Source of the DNA: Tetramitus jugosus
Lineage: Eukaryota > Protista > Heterolobosea
DNA: 64,000 nt
Direction of reading: 5' to 3'
NCBI GenBank assembly: GCA_937625935.1
Contig: OW569360.1
Location: forward strand, 124,001 to 188,000
Both the position numbers and the translations under genes were made by a program. This document shows, piece after piece, positions 1 through 10,337 of the stretch (position 1 is the stretch's first letter; each line of letters opens with the position of its first letter). Below the pieces are notes generated by a model, which was not told the DNA's origin, ran no database searches, and saw nothing but the letters and a program-made list of their open reading frames with translations.

Positions 1-1
1 C

Positions 2-346
2 ACATGGCCAAAAATAGAAGAAAGAGAGTACATTGCACAAGAAGCGAGACAATTGTTTGGTACCAACAAGAGTATCAGTGAAGAAGACACTGAACTGATT
101 GATAAGAAGATTATGGAAGCAGAAGCGCGTTTGGCCCTCGCACTGCACTATGGCATTCCTTATCCCAGAGCTTACAATATTTCTCCCGATCAGAAAACTT
201 TGATTGTTCCGCAGTACATGCATTCGTTTTTGCCAGAGGGTTATGAAGAGATGGGAGAAGATGCGTATGAGGAGAGTAACAAGAGTCGACACGGGCAACA
301 ACATCAACAGCAACAGAATCAACAATCGAATGAAGAGGAATATTAA
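2..346 (+). CDS. LYRM1: LYR-motif protein 1-like, 5'-truncated by window edge
   Basis: Frame is open from nt 2: TWPKIEEREYIAQEARQLFGTNK...IDKKIMEAEARLALALHYGIPYPR, matching the LYRM1 pattern (E..YI..EAR.LF..NK...AR....LHY.IPYPR). Confidence 0.8.
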   Translation, partial: TWPKIEEREYIAQEARQLFGTNKSISEEDTELIDKKIMEAEARLALALHYGIPYPRAYNISPDQKTLIVPQYMHSFLPEGYEEMGEDAYEESNKSRHGQQHQQQQNQQSNEEEY

Positions 347-435
347 AGTTGTTGTTGAAGATGGGAGGAGAAGATGATCTGATCACACAGTGCTTTTGCA
401 TCACGGTAATATCATTGTTGTTAAATTTTTACATG

Positions 436-2400
436 TTAGAGCCTCGATGTGGACATGGATTGGATTCTGCCTCTGGGTGTTGTGGTGGTAGTAGTAGTAG
501 TAGCAGTAGTTGGTGTGACTACGGCTGTGGAAGTCGGAGGTCGTGCAGCAGCTTTATTGCTGCCCCGATTATTGCTCTTCTGCTGCTTCTTGTCCTTATT
601 TACTTGGTTGGTGGTTGCAGTTTGTCGGATTGGTAGAGTGGTTGTTGTCTTTTTGGTGGGTTGTGTGCGCTCTTCTGGCGACGTGGTTTGTTTAAGCGTG
701 TCGTTATCATTCTTCTCAGTTTGAACGGATTCGTTTAGTTGTGCATCATCGGTGTTGTCTGAAGTTGGCTTTAGTTGGGCATTGGAGTCGTGATGTTGAC
801 TATCCTTTGGATACCACCGATCATCGAACACTGAAACTTCTTTCCAATACTCAATAAATTCTGCAACCATGGTTTTCAATCCCAAAATCCCACGTAATTC
901 TTCAACAGCCTTCTTATAACCCTTTTTCGCACCGTGAATACGCTCAAGTAAACTATGAGGCACATATTGAACGAGCACTTGTTCTGGAATATTCAGCTTT
1001 TGCGCCAGCTCATAAGAATATACATGGACACCGAACTCTAACTCATGAGAAACAGATTTCAGAGGAATCAATTCTAAATTCTTTGTTGAATTGAATTCGG
1101 CACTAAAGAATTGACTATTGTCATCCTGGGTTGTAAATAGTTGAATAATCTTTTCGTCATCTAAACCAATTTCACGTCCCTTTTTCACAATATTGTCAAA
1201 TTGTGACAAATATTCAGATCGGATATAATATCTCAACCGCTCCATGTTATCCAATTGTTTCCATTTCTGCGTAATATCTTCATTAAAGAGCTCTACTTCT
1301 TTCCGTGCGTGAACTAAATCCTCTCGCAGTTTTCTCATCTTGGGAGATTCCTCCTCGGCTCTGTTAAAATCTTGATACTTCTCATCACTATAAAAATAAC
1401 TGTACAACAAGCACTCATCCAGTGGATAATAGATACCATCTGTGATTTTGGGTGACCAATCATTGATAAGTACCGCAGCGTGACTAATCCAATCAAAGAG
1501 CAATGCCTTGTCTTCGACTGACATCTCAGTCGTATCAAGGTCTGACACACTACTGTGATCACTCGCCAACTTGGCTACCCTGGTGACCAATGGGCAATTC
1601 TTTCTCATAAACTGAATGCCTTTCTGTTTGTTTAACTCGTCGATATTCTTGTATTTAACATGGTGCAACAATCGCTTTACACTCACAAAACTAGCATACT
1701 TTCCCACTTTACTCTTCTCAATATCATCTAACCAAATGGCATGAAAATTTCGCTGAATAATACTGGTACGTATCTCCTCCAATCTTTTCATTCTTAGCTC
1801 GTGTTCTCTCTTGGCAGCAATCTCAATGGCTTGCACAGTGTAGTGAGCATTTCTATGATCTGACACATCTGTGAACGCAGATTGAGCATACACTGAAGAA
1901 GGAGGTACATTTTCGTAAGCAGTTGTTTTTTGTGCCGCATTCATCGTCGGTTCTGTTGCGGTGCGATCCACTGTATCAACCAATCGACGGTTTCCACTTT
2001 TCAATTGCCGATCTCGTTGAATTTTCATTGCTATAGAGCTCTGAGCAGCCAATCTCTCAATTACCTTGATATACTCCTCTCGTTGTTCCTTTGGCATGTC
2101 CATGAACTGACTTCGGCTCAACCTTGGAATACTCTCCAACTGTTTTTGAATCTTTGTTAATTGTTCATCCAGTAATGCATCAATATTTTCATCATTGATT
2201 CTTTTGCTTTGAAGATCGTCACTCGTATGGATCATGTCATCCAATGAAAGGTTCACTTGCTTCAGAGCTTGTTCCACACGCTTTTGAAGACTGGAACGTC
2301 TCTTGTCGATTAGCTCTTGTGTGCTCTGATGAAAATGAGTCTCCGTACTTTCATGGGCACTACTAGGAGCCTCCTCCTGATGTTCTGTCCTCCTCGGCAT
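436..2400 (-). CDS. Hypothetical 654-aa coiled-coil protein, possible degenerate HMG-box-like segment
   Basis: Long ORF. Segment PLDECLLYSYFY...ITQKWKQLDNMERLRYY resembles HMG-box helices. Thr-rich tail. Confidence 0.6.
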   Translation of the reverse strand: MPRRTEHQEEAPSSAHESTETHFHQSTQELIDKRRSSLQKRVEQALKQVNLSLDDMIHTSDDLQSKRINDENIDALLDEQLTKIQKQLESIPRLSRSQFMDMPKEQREEYIKVIERLAAQSSIAMKIQRDRQLKSGNRRLVDTVDRTATEPTMNAAQKTTAYENVPPSSVYAQSAFTDVSDHRNAHYTVQAIEIAAKREHELRMKRLEEIRTSIIQRNFHAIWLDDIEKSKVGKYASFVSVKRLLHHVKYKNIDELNKQKGIQFMRKNCPLVTRVAKLASDHSSVSDLDTTEMSVEDKALLFDWISHAAVLINDWSPKITDGIYYPLDECLLYSYFYSDEKYQDFNRAEEESPKMRKLREDLVHARKEVELFNEDITQKWKQLDNMERLRYYIRSEYLSQFDNIVKKGREIGLDDEKIIQLFTTQDDNSQFFSAEFNSTKNLELIPLKSVSHELEFGVHVYSYELAQKLNIPEQVLVQYVPHSLLERIHGAKKGYKKAVEELRGILGLKTMVAEFIEYWKEVSVFDDRWYPKDSQHHDSNAQLKPTSDNTDDAQLNESVQTEKNDNDTLKQTTSPEERTQPTKKTTTTLPIRQTATTNQVNKDKKQQKSNNRGSNKAAARPPTSTAVVTPTTATTTTTTTTPRGRIQSMSTSRL

Positions 2401-2600
2401 TCATATGAAATTGTTTCGTGTGTGGAGGCGGAGATCAATCTCTTGTTCAACGAATTCAGGGAACATTCATGAAGCATCTCCAAATTGCGATTCTTCATTG
2501 AACCAAATCAATCGCAGTATTCTTCTTTTTCTTGTGCTCCAATAGGAGTTTTTTTTTGCACACAAACGAACTGAAAGAACAACAATCATCAACGACAATA

Positions 2601-3615
2601 ATGACAACACAAATCACCAACCAAAACACATCATGGGCAGATGCTTCAGAAGACTCTGACGTTGACAAAGACGGATTCAAATATGTCACAGAATACATCA
2701 CAAGAGACAACAAGAAATATAAAGTAACAAAGAAGATCAAAGTCTCCAAAAAAATTACCAAGATAAATAAGAAGGTTCAAGAGAGAAAAGTATGTTTTTT
2801 GATTGATTGTGATCATTTTTCACACACTTGTGCAATTTCTCCGCTTTCGCGCCTTTCCCCAGAGCTAACCATTCTTTACGATTTTTTTCCGTGTATTTTT
2901 TTGTATGATTTGTTATTTGTGTTGCACGTGATCCCTCTCACAACAGAAGTGGAAGCCTTTTGGATTAGCTCTGAACCAAGAAGATCTTCAAAACATTACC
3001 TCTGTCAGTGAACCAATTTACTTTGAAAAGGTGGGTGAAACTGCACTTCAAACCATTCAAAACAAGGAAGTTCAACTCTTGGACAAGCTTCAATCTCAAT
3101 TGTTGAGTGGACAATTCTCTGCTTCAAGCTTGCAATCTGGTGCAACAAACGACAGTGGTGTCAGAGCTTATAGACCTCCTTCTGCCATGGACGGTGGTGA
3201 CATGCTAAAGAGCGGTCCAGGTGCTTACAAACCACCTGGCATGCAAAACAGAGACAATGATTTGGCAATGGGAGGCAAGGGCAAGTACGTTCCTCCATCA
3301 CAACGTGGTGCAGGAGGTCAAGATCAAAGATTATCAGGCACAGCAGGTGGAATGGAAGAGAAGCGAGCAGTGCTCATCAACAATTTGGGTCCTGAAGTGA
3401 CTGAAGACGAGTTGCGCATGCTGTTTGGTCAATGCGGTTATATCGAGAGATGTTCATTGTTGACTGATAGGAGAACTGGTGCCTCCAAGGGTCTTGCCTT
3501 TATTACCTTTGCTGAACAAAAGGCTGCTGAAGCTGCCATTGCTCGATTCGATGGTAAGGGCCTAGATCACTTGATTATTGGTGTTGAGTGGGCCAAGCCA
3601 CACAGAACATTCTAA
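2601..3615 (+). CDS. EIF3G: Eukaryotic translation initiation factor 3 subunit G (2 exons: 2601-2789, 2947-3615)
   Basis: N-terminal SWAD, VQERKKWKPFG after splicing intron 2790-2946 (GTATGT...CAG), YVPPS motif, C-terminal RRM (SKGLAFITF, GLDHLIIGVEWAKP). Confidence 0.95.
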
Positions 3616-3725
3616 GCTCGCGAACCACCAAATTATGAGTGACTCGGAGAGACAGAATATCGATTGCGATTACCTTTACTACCATTATTATATAAAACAG
3701 CAAAAACATTTCAGAAACCATGTGT

Positions 3726-6700
3726 TCATGATGAATGATTAATCCTGCTCTTGAATCTCTTGGTTCGTGGAGGAGAGAGATAGGCAATCTGGCTATTGGT
3801 TCTTTTTCTTTTTCGTTCATGATTGGAGGAAGTGGTCTCTTGAAATGATGCCCAGGACTGCCACACTAAATTGTTCTTCAAATCTGTTGTGTGGCTGTCT
3901 GATTCTCCACTGCTAGTTGGTTCAGTTGTATTCGACCCTCGCAACTTTTGAGGATGCTTGATCTGGATGTTCTGTCTGATCCAATGCTTGATATGAGAGC
4001 TACATTGTTCACAGAAACTCGATACCACAGACGATTGCAACTGCTTTTCAATATCGAAGAGCAGAAGAACAGGTAGTCCATAGTTGATTGAATATGCCCA
4101 TTGCACTACAATAGAGATAAACGCACTATGCATCAAGAAAGGTTTCTCTAGTAGAAGCATCTTGATTGCAGTAGATATTTGAGGAAGCAGAGTGCTATTC
4201 GCTAACCTAGGGAGTAGAAACAAAGGTGAACATTTGTTTTTGAATACAACCTCGAGCACTATTAGCAGATTATCTTTCATATCTTGTGTGGAGTTGTTGG
4301 GAAACTGTTTTAGAACATTCAAGAACCACATTGATTCCATCACGGTCGAGGAGGGTTGAGTCTTCGAGAACGATGGAATCTGATTTGTATCTACTTTTTC
4401 CTCTTGTTTCACTTTTGTTAAATCTTCAGTGTTTTGACCAATTGACAGACAGTACTCTGAGATGAGGTCAATGAGTTCACTCGGAAGTCTCGGTTCATTC
4501 GTTTGTTTCGATAGATATATTGGCAATATTTTCGTGAGCTCCACAAAGAGAGCACTCAGGAAACGAGAGCAACGATTATCAAAATAGTATGGCAAATACA
4601 AGTTGTTAATGATGTCCCTTATTTGTGTAGCTCTGATATGTGTTGGATTCCTAGTATAGGCTGACAATGTCCAATAAAGCCAGCATCTAAATCCAGGTTT
4701 CGAGAAGAGTGATAAATAGTATTGCCGGCACCTTAAGTTCGGCATTTGTTGGTAGTGCGGGTCATGAGTGAATAAACGCGATTCTGTAGCCGATATCCAT
4801 GCATTCTTTGATTGTTTCTGAGCACTTTTGCTGTGTGTTTCGATGGACGAAAACTCTAGGTTTTGTCCTAACTGTTTAACAACTTTACCTCGGAAATGTT
4901 GCCACCAACCGATGATGTTAGTTACATCTGGGCCACAATATATATCTGACAACCATTCGAACCGATGAAACAGTGACTGGTTGCACCAAAAGCCATCAGA
5001 AAGCGTTGCAAGATCGTGATTCAATGTTCCGACCTGACCAATGATCTTATCTAAACTTGGAGTATATCTTGATATGACATATTGCGCGAGGTGACTCACA
5101 ATGCTTGTTGGATACACTTCATTACACATGACATCATTAAAGATATGTCTCCAAATATTGTTGTGCAATTTCGAGGTTTCACTGTACACCAACACGATTT
5201 CAGTTGGAGCAAACAGAACCCACTTGTGATCTGACATTGGAAGCTCATTTGAAGATCGCTCTATCTCAATACAACTTCTCAATAGATTCGTGTATGCAGT
5301 GATAAGTCCGTCAGAAATGAAAAAGCTTGCATAATTCTTAAATATGCGCATACAGCAGCTTAATAGCGTATGAACATTCCGTTTCATTGCCTGATCGGAA
5401 TCTTGAACTTGTTGGACAAACAATTGCTTCATGATTATTTTAGCAAGTGTTGTTGTGTCAACTAGGTTACCAGAGCACAAAAATTGAAAAATGCGTTGTT
5501 CAGTCACTAGATCGTTAAATCCATTCACATCCAACACTGCAGAAAGCTCTCTGGATGGGGGTTGAAGATGAAATGACTCCATGAACATCTTCTTAAATTC
5601 TAATTGATTCCTAGAAAAGTTCCGATTGCTCGACAATATGTGATGCAAGAGATTGAACAACTGCAGCGCTGGACCAAGTAGCTCTGTATTGTTTCTCCAC
5701 TTTACAAGATAATCCTGTTTCATGGCCAATAGTTGTTCGTAAATATTCACATGATTCTCGTCTATCAGCTTCATTATTGTGTCACATGATGAGTTGGCTC
5801 GGAATGAGTCCAAAATGCTGCACTGGAACTGATTTGTTTCTAGTGAGGTATCTGAAGTGGGTTTTAAAAGATTGGTAGGAATAGATGGGAACTTATCCAG
5901 GGCCTCTCTTCTAATTTCTTCACAATATTTCTGGACAGGTAACTGTATTTCGTCACTGGTTAAAATAACAGACAAGAGAGGGATAATAACTACTTGAATA
6001 TGATACACATTCTCTCGACTGAATCGATGCCGAATACAATCTAGAATAGACACAGCATCATATCGTTTGATAGCAGACAATAAATAGTTGCTCATTGAAT
6101 ATTGGGTCTTGCCAACAAACGATTGATAATGTAATGCTAAGGACCAATTGATAGCCATATGAACTTCTCTCGCTTCTATTATTTTATCGAGTAAATCGGT
6201 CAATGACCTCGTCGTATTCTGATTCGAAACCATCGTATGATAATAGAGGAACAAAAATCGATCAATAATGCTGCGACACGAATCGCCTATACAGTACACG
6301 TATGTTTGCCTATTCTTTCGACATATATCTTTCATCAGAATGATTGCGCACTTGGAAAACAAATCGATCAAACCATTCATTTGACTATTCTGTTGCAATG
6401 TACGAATCACAATCTCCTCAATTGCTAATGTCGCTCCACCGTTCATCTCACTTGAAAAACAGTGAATCATGCTGGAGATGGTTGATTCAAGCACTGAATG
6501 AGTCATTGTTTTTTGACACTGACTCACGAGCAGTACACAGACATGAGAGGAAACAAAGCGCGAAATGACATCACTTAGTTCACGCTCAGATGAACAACAC
6601 ATCTCATAGGCATTCAAGCTCAACGCAACAGCATCCAACAATTGTTGCTGATTATTTTTCAATGTCGTTATCGTCGCTGATTTATCCTTTGGACTGCTAC

Positions 6701-7118
6701 TACTCTTGCTGCTACCAACACCATTGCCATCATTGCTCACAGCATTACCAAAACGACTAGCAATAAAATAGAGTATCGCATCTCGAATAAACTTGCTCAA
6801 CGTTGTTAAACGGCACGACAACAACACTATTGAGTGATCATCATTGTTCACTGGTTCGAACAGAGAGCTCCACGATGAAGCTTGTTTGTGCTTTTGTACA
6901 AAACGACACAGTACTTGAATGATTTTTACAAAATGATCGATCGGCAACTCTGACGGAAAATGCACAAGCAGCCACTTGTGATTATCAACGTTCTTCATGT
7001 GTCGTTCATCATCATCTTCATCTTCATCAGATAGAGTGGTCAATATGGACCGAATTGTTTGGTTCAGTGAATTTTCATTCTCAACCGAATCATCATCAAT
7101 AATGATGATTGTGGCCAT
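3726..7118 (-). CDS. Hypothetical 1130-aa helical (ARM/solenoid-like) protein with C-terminal basic NLS-like motif
   Basis: Uninterrupted 3.4-kb ORF with Leu/Ile-rich helical composition and RKRKR near the C-terminus. No family securely recognised. Confidence 0.7.
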   Translation of the reverse strand: MATIIIIDDDSVENENSLNQTIRSILTTLSDEDEDDDERHMKNVDNHKWLLVHFPSELPIDHFVKIIQVLCRFVQKHKQASSWSSLFEPVNNDDHSIVLLSCRLTTLSKFIRDAILYFIASRFGNAVSNDGNGVGSSKSSSSPKDKSATITTLKNNQQQLLDAVALSLNAYEMCCSSERELSDVISRFVSSHVCVLLVSQCQKTMTHSVLESTISSMIHCFSSEMNGGATLAIEEIVIRTLQQNSQMNGLIDLFSKCAIILMKDICRKNRQTYVYCIGDSCRSIIDRFLFLYYHTMVSNQNTTRSLTDLLDKIIEAREVHMAINWSLALHYQSFVGKTQYSMSNYLLSAIKRYDAVSILDCIRHRFSRENVYHIQVVIIPLLSVILTSDEIQLPVQKYCEEIRREALDKFPSIPTNLLKPTSDTSLETNQFQCSILDSFRANSSCDTIMKLIDENHVNIYEQLLAMKQDYLVKWRNNTELLGPALQLFNLLHHILSSNRNFSRNQLEFKKMFMESFHLQPPSRELSAVLDVNGFNDLVTEQRIFQFLCSGNLVDTTTLAKIIMKQLFVQQVQDSDQAMKRNVHTLLSCCMRIFKNYASFFISDGLITAYTNLLRSCIEIERSSNELPMSDHKWVLFAPTEIVLVYSETSKLHNNIWRHIFNDVMCNEVYPTSIVSHLAQYVISRYTPSLDKIIGQVGTLNHDLATLSDGFWCNQSLFHRFEWLSDIYCGPDVTNIIGWWQHFRGKVVKQLGQNLEFSSIETHSKSAQKQSKNAWISATESRLFTHDPHYQQMPNLRCRQYYLSLFSKPGFRCWLYWTLSAYTRNPTHIRATQIRDIINNLYLPYYFDNRCSRFLSALFVELTKILPIYLSKQTNEPRLPSELIDLISEYCLSIGQNTEDLTKVKQEEKVDTNQIPSFSKTQPSSTVMESMWFLNVLKQFPNNSTQDMKDNLLIVLEVVFKNKCSPLFLLPRLANSTLLPQISTAIKMLLLEKPFLMHSAFISIVVQWAYSINYGLPVLLLFDIEKQLQSSVVSSFCEQCSSHIKHWIRQNIQIKHPQKLRGSNTTEPTSSGESDSHTTDLKNNLVWQSWASFQETTSSNHERKRKRTNSQIAYLSPPRTKRFKSRINHSS

Positions 7119-7136
7119 TCTTTTCGAGTACTCACA

Positions 7137-8359
7137 ATGTGCTTTCGTTTGCTATGCAGGAGTGTTTTTTCACAAAGCGGCCGAATTACTTCTCCGCCAA
7201 GGCCAAAAAAAACTGGAACAACACAAAAACCAATGCAAGCCGCAGATCTGGAAATCAAGAATGAGTTCTTTTCACTCATTGCACAAGGTGGAAAACTAAA
7301 GGTGGAAGAGGATAGAGTTGGAGCCATGAAATTCTATTGTGAGGCTGTCAATCTCTGTCCATTTCATTATGAGAGCTATGTGGAACTGGGAGTTGGTTTT
7401 TTGTTGATAAAACAGCCGATTTATGCTCTGAGAAGTTTTCAATATGGATTGGATTTTGCGTTTATGAGCTTTGAAGATGAAGCAAGCAGTGAGAGAGTGC
7501 AGGGCTATTATAGAGAAATCTTACTAGGGTTGATGAATGAGGTCAATGAGAGTTGGATCCAAGCACGCAGTCATTATAAGAAAGCCACAAAGTTGTACAG
7601 CCAGGGATTCTATGGGGCATTCAGTGTTGGTGTCACTTATGGCTACTGCTTTCATACGAACGTTGTTGAGAACAGTCGTAAAGCAAGTAAATGGTACCTT
7701 CGTTCTATCGAGTTGTTGCACAAGGATCCACATTGTGCACGGTATTGGTCATTCTTTGAATCGGTCATTTATACGAACATGGGAAGAGCACAACATGGAG
7801 GTGGATATTTTTACGATGCACTACATTCTTCGAGTACTGCAATTCAATTGAGAAATACGAACATTCAGGCTCATCTGATACAAGCAAAAGTATACAACTC
7901 GATGCTCAATCCTGAGAAGGCGCTTGAGAACTATGAATATTCAATTCAATTCTTTCTCAAGAGACTTGATAGGCTCGAACTGACTTTTGAAGTGGATCCC
8001 AGGCAAGAAGTACGCGATAGTATTGAATTCACAAGATTACGAATAGTGGAAATTATCAACGACAAGGCATACTGTTTATCTAATCTGAGTATGGACAAGG
8101 CAAAAGAAGAAGGACAGAGGGCAATTCAGCTCTTTCCGAGCTACAGTCCCCTTCCTTACATTTTTTTAGCCGACTCTAGACCACCTGAGGTCGCAATCTC
8201 AGTGTTGTCACAAGGGATCGAAGCAAGTTCTGGTAAGGATGGCATCGCGCATTGTATGATTATCGTTCGGAATTGTACAAGTCAATTTCCATGCCTGAGG
8301 AGGCAGCGAAAGATCAGATAAGGGCAAAACATTCACGTAATCAGGTCCGATATCACTGA
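7137..8359 (+). CDS. TPR-repeat protein with mitochondrial-presequence-like N-terminus; apparent frameshift near 8249 (ORF track stops at 8321)
   Basis: Multiple TPR-like units (IYTNMGRAQHGGGYFYDALHSSSTAIQL; AHLIQAKVYNSMLNPEKALENYEYSI). The last TPR (ALYDYRSELYKSISMPEEAAKDQIRA) lies in another frame ending TGA 8357-8359. Confidence 0.7.
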
Positions 8360-8375
8360 GCTCAATGATCAATAT

Positions 8376-10130
8376 TTATTCAGCTTCTTCTTCCTCTTCA
8401 TTTGCCAGGTTCAAAATACGAGCAATCTGAGTGCACAGAGTAGAGCCAACAAGTCGTTTGTATGTGGCAATCTTGTCAAGCTCAGACTGTGGGATATCAA
8501 TCCGTGCCTTTCTAATTGTCTGAACGGTGGCCAAGGATCTCTCAATGACACATACTACATCATCTACATTGGTTACATCAACACTCTCTGCTGGAACATT
8601 GTCTGGTGCAAGTCTCAGTTTTCTTTCTTCTGGCCGAACCTTGGTGTGATCGTTGTCTTGATTCACTCGATCAATACATTGTGAGATGGGAACCCAGGTG
8701 TAAGTAACAGGACACAGTAAATCGCTCGGTTTATACCCAGCCTTATATCTCATCTTCTTACATGTATGAATATAAAAACCCATGTAATAATAGTGAAGAT
8801 TAGGTAATCTCCGCGATAGTAGCTTCACATACAAAATTTCGGCAAGTGCAGAGTACACGCCAGGCTTCAGAAACATCATATCTGGATCATAGTACAAATA
8901 AACAGAGGACAAACAGCTGGGCAACAAATCAACAACACCAACCATAAACAATTTTCCGTCCAGACAATAATGAACATGATACGATCCATATCCACTGAAT
9001 CCAGAGAAAGTCATTGACGCAAGTCCCTCCAATCCTGGAATGGCATCTTCCATTGGGAACGAAGAACACTCTGCACCTGTTCGTTCCATCTTCATTGGAG
9101 AATCAACCAAGAATCCGATATATGATTTCTCAGTGACTTCATCATATTCGTCCTTGTGAACAGCCACTTGATACTTTCTATACAACTCAAATGCCTCCTG
9201 ATTGAATGCAGCAGGATGCAAACTCAGCTCCAAGCGATGAACAGGCTCCTTCTTTGCCTTCTTTGATTCTTTTTGATCATCATGAGATGATGAACTTTCA
9301 CTTCTGCTTCTCGATCGGCCACTATCATTTTTCGAGTCACTGGTTTGAGCCGTTTGTTGTTCGCTCAATTCGTTTTGCAATCTCAGTTTGCCACTCTCGT
9401 TCAAATAAAAATTAATGAATCCATTGTTGCTCGCTTCTATCGATGTAATATATTGTGTAATTTGATCATTTTGCTTCAGTTCATCCACAATTCTCTGAGT
9501 GAGCTGACCAGGCGAAGCAAACTTGTCACTCTTCAACTTCTTCAAATGTCCAAACACTTGCATGCCGACACTGCAAAATAAATCACCAACCTTGGTCTTC
9601 TTGTGCTGTTGGACAGGAGGTATGACATGGACTTGATCCTCTCCACTCAACACATCAATGTTCAATCGATCTTTCAACGTGACAAAAATCTCTCGTGCAA
9701 ATTGACTTTGGAGCGTGTGACTAGCCACGTGTGATCGACTCTGCTCCACAACCTTTTGTTTCTTCTTTTTCTTTGCTCCGTCTTGTTCTTCCTTGGTATC
9801 TGCAGCAGCAGCAGGCATCACACCATCTTGCAAATACGCTGCTATTCTCTGAATCAAATTCTTGTGTGATTGACTGGGCATAAACTTGTGAACGTCTAGT
9901 CGGATCGTGTACTGCAAAGAGAGACACTTTTCCGGATGTGGCTTGTACAGATATTTACCTGATCTTCTCCAGTTTCGATCCACCAATTGTTGATAATGAG
10001 AACATGTGAGATCGACGCCCCAGAGACCATTGGCATGAAAGCTATCTGGAGCTTTGGTGTAACCATCTTTGGAGACATCATACCCCGTGTCATAAACGAC
10101 TGAAAACTGCTGTTGCTGCTGACTGCTCAT
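8376..10130 (-). CDS. ATE1: Arginyl-tRNA--protein transferase 1 (N-degron pathway) with inserted ArgRS-N-like domain
   Basis: YQQLVDRNWRRSGKYLYKP, QYTIRLD, LYRKYQVAVH, GSYHVHYCLDGKLFMVGVVDLLPSCLSSVYLYYDPD, YYYMGFYIHTCKKMRYKAGYKPSDLLCP. Confidence 0.97.
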   Translation of the reverse strand: MSSQQQQQFSVVYDTGYDVSKDGYTKAPDSFHANGLWGVDLTCSHYQQLVDRNWRRSGKYLYKPHPEKCLSLQYTIRLDVHKFMPSQSHKNLIQRIAAYLQDGVMPAAAADTKEEQDGAKKKKKQKVVEQSRSHVASHTLQSQFAREIFVTLKDRLNIDVLSGEDQVHVIPPVQQHKKTKVGDLFCSVGMQVFGHLKKLKSDKFASPGQLTQRIVDELKQNDQITQYITSIEASNNGFINFYLNESGKLRLQNELSEQQTAQTSDSKNDSGRSRSRSESSSSHDDQKESKKAKKEPVHRLELSLHPAAFNQEAFELYRKYQVAVHKDEYDEVTEKSYIGFLVDSPMKMERTGAECSSFPMEDAIPGLEGLASMTFSGFSGYGSYHVHYCLDGKLFMVGVVDLLPSCLSSVYLYYDPDMMFLKPGVYSALAEILYVKLLSRRLPNLHYYYMGFYIHTCKKMRYKAGYKPSDLLCPVTYTWVPISQCIDRVNQDNDHTKVRPEERKLRLAPDNVPAESVDVTNVDDVVCVIERSLATVQTIRKARIDIPQSELDKIATYKRLVGSTLCTQIARILNLANEEEEEAE

Positions 10131-10337
10131 TCTGGTTTTATGGGAAGTTTTTTTTCTGACGGCTCAGATCTCCGACCAAATATTTTCATTGAAAGTTCAC
10201 ACAAAGCGTCGCAGAATTTTTTATCTTTTGCCCAAAAAAAAACGAAACACAACGAAAAGGAGAAAGCTTGTGTGTGTTCAATCATATAGCAATCACAACA
10301 ACAACAACAAGCTTCACATCACCATACAAAAAAAATC

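Noticed and set aside
2310-2498. Short ORF (LNKRLISAS) that might be a frameshifted presequence for the 654-aa gene
   Set aside because: No splice sites or homology support it, and the ATG at 2400 is adequate.
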